Assembly (NCBI RefSeq): GCF_018350175.1
Contig: NC_058383.1
Coordinates: 29,452,001-29,516,000, forward strand
Length of the DNA stretch: 64,000 nt
Direction of reading: 5' to 3'
Origin: Felis catus
Taxonomy: Eukaryota
The position numbers and the translations under genes are program-made. Numbering within the stretch: the first letter of the stretch is position 1; the number at the start of each line of letters is the position of its first letter. Positions 27,270-41,465 of the stretch are shown here, one piece after another. The notes below the pieces were generated by a model that ran no database searches, was not told the origin of the DNA, and saw only the letters and a program-made list of their open reading frames with translations.

Positions 27270-27815
27270 TTCCCCGAGCACCTTTTAAGTCAGGAGTTCT
27301 GCTGGGCGCTGGGAAACAGAGATGAATAAGACCAATTCCCTGCCTTTAAGGTTTGTTAGGAAGACAGACAAGAAACCATACAGTCACAACATAGTGTGGT
27401 AAGGAACATTAGATGAGAGCAAGGTGTTATGGGAAAAGGGAGGGGGTCTTTAACACAACTGGGCAGGAGGATTGGCAAAGAAGCTAAATCTTAAGAGAAT
27501 AGATAGGGAAAGGATAGGAAGGTGGGGAAGGAGGGCAGAGGCATTCCAGCAAACAGAGGGATATGCAAATGATCCCTCTACTCCAATACTTTTTATCACC
27601 GAATAATCTCCACCTCACTATCTTCCTTTAACCTGAAGAAAATGGACATTCCGGAGTACGTATCACGAGAGGAAAAATTGCACACATGCATGCTGTGGGA
27701 ATGTTTTATAAACACGAAAACTTGTAATGACAAGAAGCAACACTTGTTTTTGCACATATTGTTTGTTGGACACCTTGTTACAAAGTTTGAGACCAAACAG
27801 AAGCGCTAACAGGTT

Positions 27816-27898
27816 AAAAAAAAATTTTTAGTGTTTATTTATCTTTGAGGGAGGGGAGAGGGAGGATAGGAGAGGGAGGGAGGGAGAGAGAGAGCGCG

Positions 27899-27944
<46 letters not shown>

Positions 27945-28094
27945 TGGGGGAGGGGCAAAGAGAGAGGGAGACACAGAATCCAAAGCAGGCTCCAGGCTCT
28001 GAGCTGTCAGCACAGAGCCCGACACAGGGCTTGAACCCACTAGCCATGGGATCATGACCCGAGCTGAAGTCGACACTTAACTCCTGAGCCACCA
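27816..28094 (-). mobile_element. CanSINE with expanded (GA)/(GC)/(AC) microsatellite
   Basis: Reverse orientation; TSD taacaggtt. Confidence 0.9.
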
Positions 28095-28157
28095 AGTTTT
28101 AACAGGTTTTAAAGCAATTATAAATGTATGAAAATCAGGTGCATTTGTTTAATTAGA

Positions 28158-28174
28158 AATATATATATATACAT

Positions 28175-28234
<60 letters not shown>
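28158..28234. repeat. (AT)n(AC)n(AT)n microsatellite
   Basis: Directly visible. Confidence 0.95.
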
Positions 28235-28236
<2 letters not shown>

Positions 28237-29329
28237 TAAAAACAGATGAAGTGGATGATGAGGTTGGAGTCACTCTGGAAAACAAAAACTCTAAGTAGAT
28301 TCTTATGTCCATGTGACTCTTAATTATTTCCTTGAGTCATTGAGAAAGGAAAAACGGTTCCCTTGTCAAAGAGTTTTAAACATTTACTAAGTGCTAACTC
28401 ATATATTTTCTCATTTAAACCACAACCAGAGGAAAAGTGTCTTCAGGCTACGGTCCCAGTTACAGAGTATAAAGTAGGGAGGCAGGATTAGAATCCAGTT
28501 TTTCTGACTCAAAGTCTGGGCACCCTTACTCATCGCTGTTAATCTCATCGCTGTTTTCTCCTCTAAAAAACTAATTTTGAGAAACAAACTGTTAAAGGAA
28601 TAGCTTGCTCTTTCAACCATAAATTATTTTAAAATGCTCAGGTTCACAGTGCCCACCCTCTCCTTGTAAGAGAAACTAAAATAATGCACATAATAACTCT
28701 CTGCCCTCATGGCCATTTGAAAATAACTCCATTTCTTTCCCTTCTGTTTCTTCCCTATAGTTGACCACCAGCCATGCTACTGCTGCCCCAGCAAACAGCT
28801 ATTACATATTTTTCAATATCCTAAATACAGTACCTTGATTCAGATTCAACCTTATATGGACACTGAGAAGATATTATTACAATATGCTGGCTTCACTCCA
28901 TTTATAAAATAATTATACAATTAAGCTTTTTAATGATAAAAACTCTCAAATTCTGTTTAAAGTTTTTTATTTAAAGTTATAATGTGTTAAAGAAGAAATA
29001 CTCCTCAATGAGACTAAGTTTGCAGCGAGATATTGATATCTTTATAACAATGCCCCCACTTCCTGCCGCCAGATTTTCCTCCTATTCAACAGTAATCTTG
29101 TCAGCAACACCTGCCGCTACTGTTACAGCTCGTTACCATGACCACTGCCAACAGTCTTAATAGAAACAAAAAGCAGGTTTGTCAATTAAACCCAAGGGAA
29201 CATTTGCTATACGCAGACTTCTCCTAGAATATTCTAACTCATTTTTCTGAATAAAGCAACCAAGGAGGAGGTCTGCAACCAACGCAAAATAAATTTTAGG
29301 AACTACTACTTTGGATTTGATGTCATCAA

Positions 29330-29559
29330 TTTTATTTTTTTTTTAATTTTTTTTTAATGCTTATTTATTTTTGAGACAGAGAGAGGCAGACAGCATGAAC
29401 AAGGGAGGGTCAGAGAGAGATGGAGACACAGAATCTGAAGCAGGCTCCAGGCTATGGGCCGTCAGCACAGAGCCAGACGTGGGGCTCAAACTCACGGACC
29501 GTGATATCATGGCCTGAGCCGAAGTCGGACGCTTAACCGAATGAGCTACCCAGGCGCCC
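29330..29559 (-). mobile_element. CanSINE
   Basis: Reverse orientation; TSD tgatgtcat.aatttta. Confidence 0.9.
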
Positions 29560-29829
29560 TGATGTCATAAATTTTATCTTAGACTTCAACAAAGTAAGAT
29601 GACTAAGTCATCAAATTCTCCAAAAAGGCCCTCTTATCCCACTCTTTACAGGCTAAATCTCTTTGCACTCTTACTTGCCTGTGTCACAGCATTTATGACC
29701 CTGTAAGATAACAGATACAAGGCTCTGCATATTCACTGTTGACTCTCTTAACTTCTCAGAGCCTTGATATCTTCACTGCCTTGGGGAGGAACGTTTAAAG
29801 GAAGACCTTAATGGAACCATACTGTATAA

Positions 29830-32800
29830 AATTAGAAAAATTTAACAAAAGAAAAACTAATTAAAGTTACAAACACACACAGAGTAAGCAGAAGAAAGGA
29901 AATAATGAAGAGCAGAGCAGAAAATCAATGAAATTTTCAAAAAAATAAAAATGAAGGAAACCAAAAGTTGGTTCTTTGAGAGGGTGGAAAAAAAATTGAG
30001 AAACTTCCAGCTGAACAGCTCAGGAAAAAAGAGAAGATACAAATCGCCAGTATTAGTTCAAGAGAGGTGACATCACCATACAGATCCCATAGACATGAAG
30101 ACAATAATAAGGAACTATTATGAAAAACTTTATGGCAGTAAATTCAACAATGCACGTGAAATGAAGTCTGTGAAAGATACAAAGTACCAAAACGCACTCA
30201 AAAAGACATAAATACCTGGAATAGCCACAGATCTATTTTAAATAACTGATTTTGTACTTTAAAATCTTCCCTCAAAGAAAAGTCTGGATCTAGATGGCTT
30301 TATTGGTGAATTCTAACAATTAAGGAAAAAACAGTACCAACTCTACACAAATTCTTTCTGAAAACTGAACAGGAGGAAATACTTCCCAACTTCTTTTATG
30401 AGACCAGCATCAACTTGGCACTAAAGCCAGACAAACACATTACAAGAAGCTATTACATCCCTCATGAACACACATGTAAAAATTCTAAACAAAATCTTAG
30501 CAAATCAAATTCAACAATACAAAGGAAGGATAATATATCATGACCAAGTGGGGTTTATCCCAAGAATGTAAGGCTGGTTTACTGTTCGAAATATACTCAA
30601 TGTAATTTACCATATTAGCAAACTAATAAATTAAAGCCATGTGATCATCCCAATAAAGCCAGGAAAGTATCTAACAAAATCCAAAAACCATTCCTGATTT
30701 AAAAAAAAAAAAAAAACTTAGCAAACTTAGAAGAGAATTTCCTCAACCTGATAAAGGGAATCCACAAAAAATTACCGCTAACATCACACTTGATGGTGAA
30801 AGACTGAATGACTGCTGAGACAAGGATGTCCGCTCTCACCTCTTCTATCTAATATTATACTAGAGGTTCCGATTAGTGCAGTAAGACAAGAAAAAGAAAC
30901 AAAAGGCATTCATACTAGAAAAGAAAAAATGAAACTGTCTTCATTCAAATACGACATTCTTTATGTGAAAAAAGCCAATGGACTTCACAAAAAAGCCAGG
31001 ATAAGTGAGTTTAACAAAGTTGCAGGATGTAAGGTTTATATACAAAACTGAATTCATATACAAAACTGTATTTCTATCCTAGTAATGAACAATTTTATGT
31101 TGAAATTTTTAAGACCACCACTTACAATAAATAACGCCACAAATATGAAATACTTGGGGATAAAACTTGACAAAAGATGTGCAAGTTCTGTACTTTAAAA
31201 TGTTGCTGAGAAAAATTAAAGACCTAAACAAACAGAGAAATAACATGTTCATAGGTTGGAAGACCCGGTATTGTTAAAAAGTCAATTGTCTCCAAACTGA
31301 TAATACAGATTCAGTACAATCCCAAACAAAACCTGGGCAGGCTGTTTTGTATAAACTGCTAAGGTGATTCCAAACTTCATATGCATACGCAAAAAATCTG
31401 AAGAGTCAAAACAACTCTGAGGAAAAGTTGGAGGAATGACAATACCAAATTTCAAGACTTATTATAAAGCCATAGTAATACAGTGTGAGACTAGCGTAAA
31501 GGGAGACAAATAGATCAATGGAACAGAGGGTCTCAAATGGACACAACACTTATGGACAACCAACTGATTTTGGAAAAGGTGCAAAGGCAATTCAGGAAAG
31601 AGAGTGGTCAGTTCAACAAACGGTGCTAGACCAACGAGACATCCACACGCAGACAGCATGAACTCTGATCTGCACCTTGCACCGCATGCAAAAATTAAGT
31701 CAAAATGGATCAGATATCTAAATGTAAAATCTAAAACTATAAGACACCTACAAGATAATCTTGATGACCTAGGGTTAGGTAAAGATTTTTTAAATAGGAT
31801 ACCAAAAGCATAACCCATAAAAGAACAAACTGATAAACTGAACTTCACAAAAACCAAAAACATCTGCTCTTTGAAAGGCATTGTTAACAGAATTAAAAGA
31901 CAAGTCAGACTGAAAGAAAATATTAACAGATGATATATCTGAAAAAGAATCCATACCCAGAATATAAGAACTCTCAAAACTCAATAATAAGAAAACATAC
32001 AATCCAATAAATGAGTAAAAGATTTGAATATAAGAAGAACTCTCAAAACTCAATAATAAGAAAACATACAATCCAATAAATGAGTAAAAGATTTGGCATT
32101 TCACAGAAAAATGGCAAATAAGCACCGGAAAATATGCTCAACGCATTAGTCATCTGGAAAATGCAAATTAAAAGCACAATAAGAAACCACGACATGCTTA
32201 TTAGAATGGCTAAAATTAAAAAGACTGACCACACCAACTACTGACAGAGATGTGGAGCAAATGGAACTGCCATGCAATGTCGGCAAGGAATGTCAAAGGA
32301 CACAACAACATGAAAAATAATTTGGCAGTTCTTAAGAAGTTAAACATATACCTACCATATGATCCAGCCATCCCACGGCTAGGTACATGCCTAAGGGGAA
32401 AGAAAGCGTATGTCCATACAAAGACTTGCATATAAAATGTTCAGATAGGTTTTATTTGTAATAGCCAGAAATTGGAAAGACCCAAATGGCCATCGACAGT
32501 GAAGAGATATATAAATTGCAGAGTATCTGCATCCCTCAGCGATAAAAAAGGCATAAACTACTGATACACTCAACAATATGAACAAATCTCAGCACGATTA
32601 TGCTGAGTGAAAGAAGACATCCTAAGAAAAATCCACTTCTATAAAAGCCCACGATAGACAAACTAATCCATAGTGACAGAAAGCAGATCAGTGGTTGCCT
32701 GGAGACAGGGGCGAAAAGGTGTGAGGGTAGAGTTCCAAAGGGATACAAAGATACTTTTGTAGTTACGGACATTCCCATTATCCTCATTGTGACGATGGTT

Positions 32801-32890
32801 TCAAAGATGCAAACGTGTCAGGAGTGATGGCACTGTACCCTTTGAACCTGTGCCATTTATTTGTGTCAATTATGCCTCCATAAAGATGGG
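29830..32890 (+). mobile_element. 5'-truncated old L1 (L1MC/MD-like): decayed ORF2 (RT region) plus 3'UTR
   Basis: ORF2-like motifs (catgaccaagtggggtttatccc, gacaaggatgtccgctctcacc, gacttattataaagc, aaatggatcagatatctaaatgtaaaa) with many stops and frameshifts; 3'UTR cagatcagtggttgcc. Confidence 0.9.
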
Positions 32891-33599
32891 GGGAAAGTAA
32901 CTGCCTAAACTTTATAATACCCATTTTGAATTGTCCTTTTTTCATCGGCATACTAAACCTCTTTCACTGTAGCAAAGCAACTGATTTAACTGCTTTCCTT
33001 TGACCTTTCCTCTATATAAACAGCACTGTAAAAGCAAATTACTATTGGATGGAAAAGTGAACCAACTGGTCTCCCTGGATTGCACAGTGGTCTGTTTACT
33101 GGCTTCAAATGAAGCCTGAATGTTTAGCTCAACTACCAGTACAGAATGTTGCTCACTTAATAGTGAAAATATTATAACCACGAGCCACCCTAGAGCAATT
33201 CATGAATTCAAATTGGCATTTACTGCACATGTACTCTGTCTGGCATCGTTTTAAGTGCTGGATTTCATGCAGAATGGTCAGTACCAAATTACAAACCCAT
33301 TCTGTACCTACCCTGGAAATGCTCGGTAAGTCAATGCATTTAAATAACACAACTAAAGAAAATCGACAGAAACAGGCTGATCCTTCTAACACAAAGTTAA
33401 GATAATAAATGCTAGTGATAAGATTATTAAAGAGTTGTACACTGACAGTTTAGAAATCCAGATAAAGGTATCTCTTGAAACCTAAGTGAATTCAAGACAA
33501 ATATGCACAAAGTACTCTCACACATAGCTGGAAGAGCAGAGCCTGTCAGCTATAAGAGGTCCTGCCTGCTTGGAAATAAAAAAGATGCGAAAAACTTAG

Positions 33600-33945
33600 A
33601 GACAGAGGAAGACAAATACCATATGATTTCACTTACATGCAGAATCTAAAAACAAACGAACAAAACAGCCTCTTAAATAAAGAGAACTGGTGCTTGCCAG
33701 GGAGGAGGGAGGTAGGGGATGGTGAAATAGGGGCAAGGGATTAAGAGAGACAAGCTTCCAGTCGTAAAATAAGTCACGGAGATAAAAAGGACAGCATAGG
33801 GAATATGGCCAATAATACTGTATGAGGACACATGGTGACTACACTTCTCTGGTGAGTCCTGAGTAATGCAGTGAATTGCTCAATCAATAGGCTGTACCCC
33901 TGAAGCTAATACAACACTGTATGTCAATTATTCCTCAATAATAAT
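33600..33945 (+). mobile_element. L1 3'-end fragment (carnivore-type)
   Basis: gaagacaaataccatatgatttcactta...aagtcacggagat...cctgaagctaatacaacactgtatgtcaa; TSD aaaacttag. Confidence 0.85.
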
Positions 33946-36795
33946 AAAACTTAGGTAAACAGATCCAAAGTGATTTAAACTAAAATCATAACTAGAAACC
34001 TTTAAGTAAATTCTCTAACTGCTCACATCAAAGACAACACACACACTATACAATAGTGTATACTCTACAGTCAATTATAGAGAATTCTAAGCTAGCTGCA
34101 GCAAGGATGGTAATTGCAGCTGACAGAAGATGTAAACTCATTTACTCATCACAAATACAACTCAATGGGTCCACATCTCCTGCCACAAATACAGGATATT
34201 TTACAGCTTATCAAGGCTATCCATTTGAAAACCTTTCACTCTCTTTTTCCCCCCTGCAGTGGTACTTCTCTTTCAAGCTTATCCAATAAACTCATGCAAG
34301 GGCCATAAAATCAACGAATATCCCTTGTTAGGGATAATTGTTGATGACATTATGCTTCACCTTCCCTTAGAAACTGTTATTCCTTTCCCAAAATTTTCAG
34401 GTTGCCTCTGAACTGTCATGTTTTTATTCTCAAAGGAACAATTTTACTAAATGATAAGCTTTTAGTGAATTTTGACTGACATAATGATTCCTTGTCACAT
34501 GTCCTAAACACATCATACCCAGATTTATATCCACATTAAACACTGCTAATCTCCCAAACACTCTGTTATCATAGCATTCCAGACCAGGTTCTGCGAGCAT
34601 AGTTTGTAAATATTCTCATTCCCACAGAGAAGCAGTAACCATTAAAACAAAAGATGAAAAAACAAACCAGTATTTGGTCATTTCACCTTCTGGTTTTTGT
34701 TTTTCAGGATTTTAAGCACAAAATGGTTCCATTTTAGGTAAAATTGTAAGAAGCACCCAAAAGCAGACACATTCAAGTGCTGGTCAGTAACAACAGGTCC
34801 CCATCAAGGGCTCTTCCAGTACCTACATACCTACTTTCAATAAAAGGTGGAAATGACACCTGTTGACCAAATGTGTGTTTTTGCAGGACAGCTCCACCGT
34901 CAACGGCTGCCCTATTATCACATTTCCTCTTGGAGGAACACGTCCCATCATGCCCCATCTCCACGCGCCCTCCCAACAGTGCTCGGCTGGAGCACTTTAC
35001 AGCGAGGTGCAGGGTGAGGAGCCTTAAGTGCTTGCTCCATGTCACAGAGCTAATTCCTAATACTACCAGCTCGAAGGTCTTTCCCCCTTGAGGAGCAAGT
35101 CTCCCAGGCGAGGCTCCCAGCAGGACCACACTTGCCTGAGGATGCGGACTCCTACCCATCAAGCCGTATTGGACTGGACGCCCTAACAAGGAAAAGAAAC
35201 TTCGCTGCGAATGGGCGAGGTGCAGGTGCCGGTTTGTCCTCCACGCTTTGGCTCTCGTTACCCTTGGCTCCATAATCTTGCAAAGGCAGGCAGGTCTCTT
35301 TTGTCAGAAGACAAGACTGTTGTACCACGACGGACCAGCCCCACAAGGAGTGTGATTATTGCTTCTGACGACGTGTAACGTGGTGTTAAATATTCACAAC
35401 AATCCTGATTTCAAATCCTATTGGTGTTTATCATGCGAGCAAGTGATACAGTATAACGTTATAACAAATAAGACGCATAAATGAGTAATTCATCCCTCCT
35501 TCCTCCTAGGATTCAACATTTCATTAATGACAGCATGGAACAGTGATTTCAAATGGTGATCCTGGAGTGCCTGTGAGGCACTCGTCCAGCCTTCCACAGC
35601 CCTCTGAAAATAACCTATTTTATCATCGGGGTTTCATGGATAATACATTCATAAAAGAAGTCTGCGAAACACATACTCCCACCCTTACAGAATTTGTTTA
35701 CGATTTTGCTACCTTTGAGATGTTGAGTAAAACTTACTGAAGTTCAGACTTCACTGACACAGGAGCAAGAGCTGACTGAATAGCTTCTGCATTACGATTC
35801 AGTAGAAAAATAATAAGCAAGACTTCTCTACTTAAACGACAGAAGCTACAGCTGAAGCACATTAGAAAAGTCTATTTACATACACAATACATATAAATTA
35901 CTTAGAATCACTTCACAGATTATTTACAACTGCGAGGCACCTTATCAGCCTAAACCCTACACCCATCTGCTGAGAAGGGCATTTCAATTGTTTTACACCT
36001 TCCATAACTCAAATTTGTCCCCTCGTTACACTGAATCTAGGTAGAAACAGGACATTTGCATCCACCCCACCCCCATTATTTAATGCTACCTGTTGAATTA
36101 TATTTATCAGTGATCAGAAAAGCCAAAATTAAAAGAGTGGAAATCCTGTGTCTGGGAAAGTGATGTTGTCATTTTAGGGGATGCAGTAGAGGAGTGAGCC
36201 TCACAAGCCCAGAGACAACAGCATGAGGGATGCAGGCCTCTCTCTGCAGGGTCTCCCGTTTGCCACTGTCTGTAAGAGCTGCTTACTCTCTGCTGGACAT
36301 CTAGGCTGTGAGCTTTTCTATTCTGAATGATGCTACCTTCCAAGAATTCATTAGTAAAGAAGGAAGCTAACTACCTCATAAAGAATAAAATCATTTCAGA
36401 ATACAGAATAAGCTGTACTATATCAGATGCATTTTAACCATTTTTTTTCTCCAGGAGGTGGTAAGGGGTGCCTCCAGAAATCAACATTCTTTCATTTCGG
36501 CTCTATAAACTGATTTCAAAAGGGTTATACAATTTGCAGGGATCTATGGTCTCAATACAGAGATTTTTTTCCATGTAATTAATAACTTTCGATGCAGTTA
36601 ATAACTTATGCAGGAAATTAAACCTATAATATTGATCTCATTATCATTAAAATCCAAAACATTTCTTTCCCAGCCTTTGAACAGTTTTGGTAAAATTCAA
36701 AATACACGAATTCTTAGCATATTAGGTATTTGTTGAAACTCTAATGTGAAATAATAAGCATTAATCTATAAGCCAAAAGAAAATCATCTGAGTTA

Positions 36796-36950
36796 TGTAT
36801 ATATATACATAAACATACATATATATACATATATACATACACATATATATGTGTGTTTGTGTATATATATATATGTGTGTGTATATATGTGTGTGTGTGT
36901 ATATATATGCATACACACACACACACACACATACATATGTATATATGCAC
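36796..36950. repeat. Compound AT/AC/GT microsatellite
   Basis: Directly visible; partly self-complementary. Confidence 0.9.
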
Positions 36951-37049
36951 ACTACAGTAATTTTAAAAACCGAGATGCTATAAGCTACTCAATGTGAGCT
37001 CTTAGAAATACTCTATTAAATTACAACTTTGCTTAAAAGACACTGGCCT

Positions 37050-37209
37050 GGGGTGCCTGGGTGGCTAAGCCAGTTAAGCATCTGACTCCTGATTTCGGCT
37101 CAGGTCACGATCTCACAGTTCACAGGATCAAGCTCTGTGCTGGGCTCTGAGCTCACAGCACAGAGCCTGCTTGGGATTCTCTCTCTCCCTCCCTCTCTGC
37201 CCCTCCCCT

Positions 37210-37264
<55 letters not shown>

Positions 37265-37290
37265 ATAAATAAGCTTTAAAAAAAAAAAAA
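37050..37290 (+). mobile_element. CanSINE with long (CT)n
   Basis: Head, (CT) run of ~20 units, A-tail, TSD agacactggc. Confidence 0.9.
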
Positions 37291-40200
37291 GAGAGACACT
37301 GGCATGCATTCGTTGTATGGTGAATTTAGTCAAAGTTCTTTAATGAAAAATTAAGTAAGTAAAAATGCTCCTCTCTCTACTGAGGCAGGTGTGGGGAAGA
37401 GGAATCTAGAAAATAAAGATACTTAAAAATATATGCAACTTACTATAGTATCTTCTCATATGGCAGGGTGCTAAGAGGGTGTTCAGCCTACAAAAGTAAT
37501 ACAATGTATTTATGCCTTAAAATGAAACAAACCACCTCTCCCAAGTGTGAACATAATATTACTATTTTATATAAACATGCCTATGTTTTTCTAATATTTA
37601 AATAATAAAAAATACGACATATTCAAGCTACAGTGGCATGGTTTTCCTGAATACAGAGGGAAGACAGAGTTGTGGAAGCATACTCATCTCAAAATTAAAG
37701 GGTAAAAAACCAAAGTCAAATTCCATTTTTAGCCTAGTGTTCCAATGGTTATTAAGAGATAGGAATCAGGAGTCAGATTTCAAGATGCCAAGATTTGAAA
37801 TCTGCAATTCATTTTATTTTTATACAGAAGAGGAAACTAAGTTAACATCTGCTATCCAGAATATAAAATTTAAAGTCTTGATGTGAACCGAATTCTTACT
37901 TTTAAGGTGAACTTCGAGTCCTTTTCCATTCACAAATGGGACTTGATTTATTAAGTTCCCTGCTTTGTATCTCGAGTTGATCAAAGCACATTTTCTTAGT
38001 ACAATCTGTATTGTTCCAAGTGTTTTATAAACATCTTTTGTGAGAGTTTACAGGAGTGATCTGAAATCATATCCAAGGTTTCATCCTATGAGTCAGTTAT
38101 TCTTAAAAGGAAATGGAATCTCCATCTTTATCACCTTTATTTCCTGATCTATCACAAATCTAATTCTAATCTATCTTGGAATTTGGAAAAAAATCATTGG
38201 TAGGGTTATCAGTAGAAATTACTGGCATTAAATACTAGGCAGGGCAAAGGAAAAAAAAAAGGCACAATATCATTATGCGGACATGGAAATTACAGGTCTA
38301 CAAAGTATCTGAACTTTCATAAAAGTCCCTTAGCCAATAAGGATAACTCTCACGGCTCGTCTACAATCCAGCCCTACACTGATACCCCCAAATCTGTATT
38401 CCCTGTCCTCATCTGAGATCCAAGCTGTCCATCCAGCTGCCTGCTGGACTTGTTCACGTGAATGCATTCATTCATGTAGATACTTGCTGAATGCCTACTA
38501 CATGCCAAGCACATTATAGTAAGCTCTGGAGAATCATAGCAAAGAAAAGAGACAGTCCTGTCTTCACGGGGCTTCTAATTGTGAAGGCCACACCAATCAA
38601 ATAATCACAAAAATACATAACATACAAGTTGGGATTAGCCCTATGGACCAGTCGAAGCTAGTCTAAAACTGAACTGAGCCCTTATTATAGGATAGAAATG
38701 GTGTCTTCACAGGTTACCAAAGCCACACATTTGGGAAGCATTCTTGACCCACCCTTCCTGTTCAGATCTTCCTTCCCAATCTCTGGGTCCTGCCTGTATT
38801 TCCAGAGTTGATGTACATGATTGGCTCTGCCCAGCATAGCCTTTCCCTACTTCTTCTGGGAAATTCCAATGTGATGGTGGTAAAAGTTTCAACAGAGACC
38901 CCTTCTGATAAAGGCACAAAACCCAAGGCCAAGAGAGCCCCTGGGATTTTAACAACTAAATCTGAGAGGGAGAAGTTCTTTTTTCCTTTTAGTTGAAGAG
39001 TGTGAAGATGGCCCCCGTCCTGTGGAGAAGCTGGAGGCAAGAGACACAGGGGGGCAAGAGTCCCTGTGATAATGAGTGCCACTTCCAACCCTTCAGGCCC
39101 CTGAGGTTGTCCTGGCTTCTACAGCATTTCATTCCTTTTGGACCTTCTCCAGGAATCTTCTAATTAATATAGTGTGAGCATGGTTTCTGTTACCTGTAGC
39201 CAGGATTCCTAAGAGCTTCTAAACATTTCCACCCTGTGACTTACCCAACTCTGCCAAGAATGCCCTCGTTCAGGTCCCCATAAACTCCCACCTGGACCCG
39301 CTTAACAGCTTAATGGGGTCTTCTGTCCCCAGTCCTACCCTTTGCATCCAGCATTCCCAGTACAGTCACCAGCGTGATCGTATCACCTTCCCTGTGCTGG
39401 ACACGTCAATGGCTCTCCTTAACATGGACAAAATCGAAATTCCTCAAAGGATACATCCAACTCTCTATAATCAATTTCCTCTACAGCCAAGCCAACTATT
39501 ACTCCCTCCCCTCATATTTTACGCTGATTATGTGGAACTATGTGGGCTTCAGCTTAGACAAAGAGACAAAGACACACACACACACACGCGCACACACACA
39601 CACACACACACACCATGCTGAACTAATTGGTAAGTAGGACATTTCTGAAAACTTTGAAAATCTGAAGACATTAGAGAAAAGTCGTTTTCTTCAGGTTCAG
39701 TTCCAGTCATTAAGGCATCACATGTACATCTATATCTCATCAGGTCGATAATCGTAAACATGGCTGCTGCACAATGTCTGGCACTGGGGCACACGGCACG
39801 CACAGCACCAAGCAACCCTAAGAGGAAAGTCCTCACCGCCGAACCATCTTTGCAGGTGGAGCTCAAGTGTCTACTCCTCCAAGACCCATCCTCACCCAGA
39901 CAGAGGGAGGTCCTCCCTCCTCCTTTCTGTATTCTTTCACTGTCCGCTGTGAACACTCCTCACACGGCACCTGTGTGCTTGTTCCTGGAGGACGGAGCCA
40001 CATTCCATTTACCTCTGGCTCCCCCAATTCAGTCAAGTCCTCAGTGCATATGACACACTTATAAACATTCACAGAATGATGTGCCCATTCTGAGCTATAC
40101 AGAACCCTGAAAGGCAATTTTCTAATTAAAAAGGGGGGAGCACTTTGGTATTAGGCTAGGAAATTTGGTCTTCTCACACGGAATTTGAGAACACTTGATG

Positions 40201-40384
40201 TTTAATGTCTCTGACTCACTATACACAGTTAACTGGTGAGCCACTTAATTTTGCACCGATGTTTTACACGGGAGAGGTCTAGAAATAAGTTATGACTTTT
40301 TAACTTCTAGAAAATTTCAGAGAGAAGACCACACAAGCAACCAAAATAATTAATTTATTAAAATAAATAACTTATTAAAATAAA

Positions 40385-40731
40385 TAAATAAATTGGATTT
40401 CATCCAAATGTAAAACTTTTTGCCTCAAAGAATAAGAAAGTGAAAAGACAATTCACAGAATGGGAGGAAAATTGTACAATTTGTATTTTTGATAAGGACA
40501 CGTGAGTGTGCGTGTGTGTATCCAGAATACATAAAGAACTCTTACAACTCAACAATAAAGACAACCTGATTATTTCAATGGGAAAAGAATCTGAATAGGC
40601 ATTTCTCTAAAAAAAAGATACACATGTGGCCAACAAGCACATGAAAAGATGTTCAGCATCATCAGTCATTAAGGCAATGCAAACCACAACTACAAGATAC
40701 CACGTCACACTCTTTGGGATGCCTACTGTGA

Positions 40732-40773
<42 letters not shown>

Positions 40774-41465
40774 CGAGAAAATGACAAATACGGGCCAGGA
40801 TGTGAAGAATTTGGAATCCTGCCAATATTTGGAATCAATACAGCCGGTAAGAATGTAAAATGGTGCAGCCACTTTGGAAAACAGCTTGGAAAAGAGTTGA
40901 ACATAGAGTTATCATAAGACCCAACAACTCTACTCCTAGGTCTATAACCAAAAGAAATGAAAACATACATCTGCCCAAAAACTTGTACATGAATGGTCAC
41001 GGCAATTATTCCTAACAACCAAAACATGGAAAACACCCAAATGCCCATCACTGGATGAATAAACAAAATATGGCATATCTATGCAATAGAATATTATGTA
41101 ATTACACAACAGAATACAATTCTGATGCATGCTACAGCATAGGTGAACCTCAAAAACATGCTAAGTGAAAGAAGCCAGCAAGAAAGGCCACATAATGTAG
41201 GACTCCATTCCTATGACAAATCCCAAACAGGCAAATCCGCAGAGAAAGCAGCTCCGTGGTTGCCAGGGGCTGGAAGGCGGGAAGAATGATGAGAGACTGC
41301 CAACGGGGATGGGCATTCCTTCTGGGGTGATCAAAGTGTTCTGGAATTAGAGAGGGAGGATCGGTGCACAGCTCTAGGTATACTAAAGTCCACGAAACCG
41401 TGTGCCTTAAACGTACGGGCTGAAATGTATGTTATGTGAATTATATGTCAATAGAGCTACTGTTA
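40385..41465 (+). mobile_element. L1MB-like 3' fragment containing a (CAA)n repeat at ~40733-40774
   Basis: aagcacatgaaaagatgttcagcatc, aatgtaaaatggtgcagccactttggaaaac, tgccaggggctgg motifs. Confidence 0.85.

Noticed and set aside
31462..32787. Hydrophobic minus-strand ORFs (171 aa and others)
   Set aside because: Antisense of a decayed A-rich L1; the L1 ORF2 itself is fragmented and inactive.
34773..35273. 166-aa minus-strand ORF
   Set aside because: Overlaps a MIR-like segment; no recognisable homology or matching splice sites.
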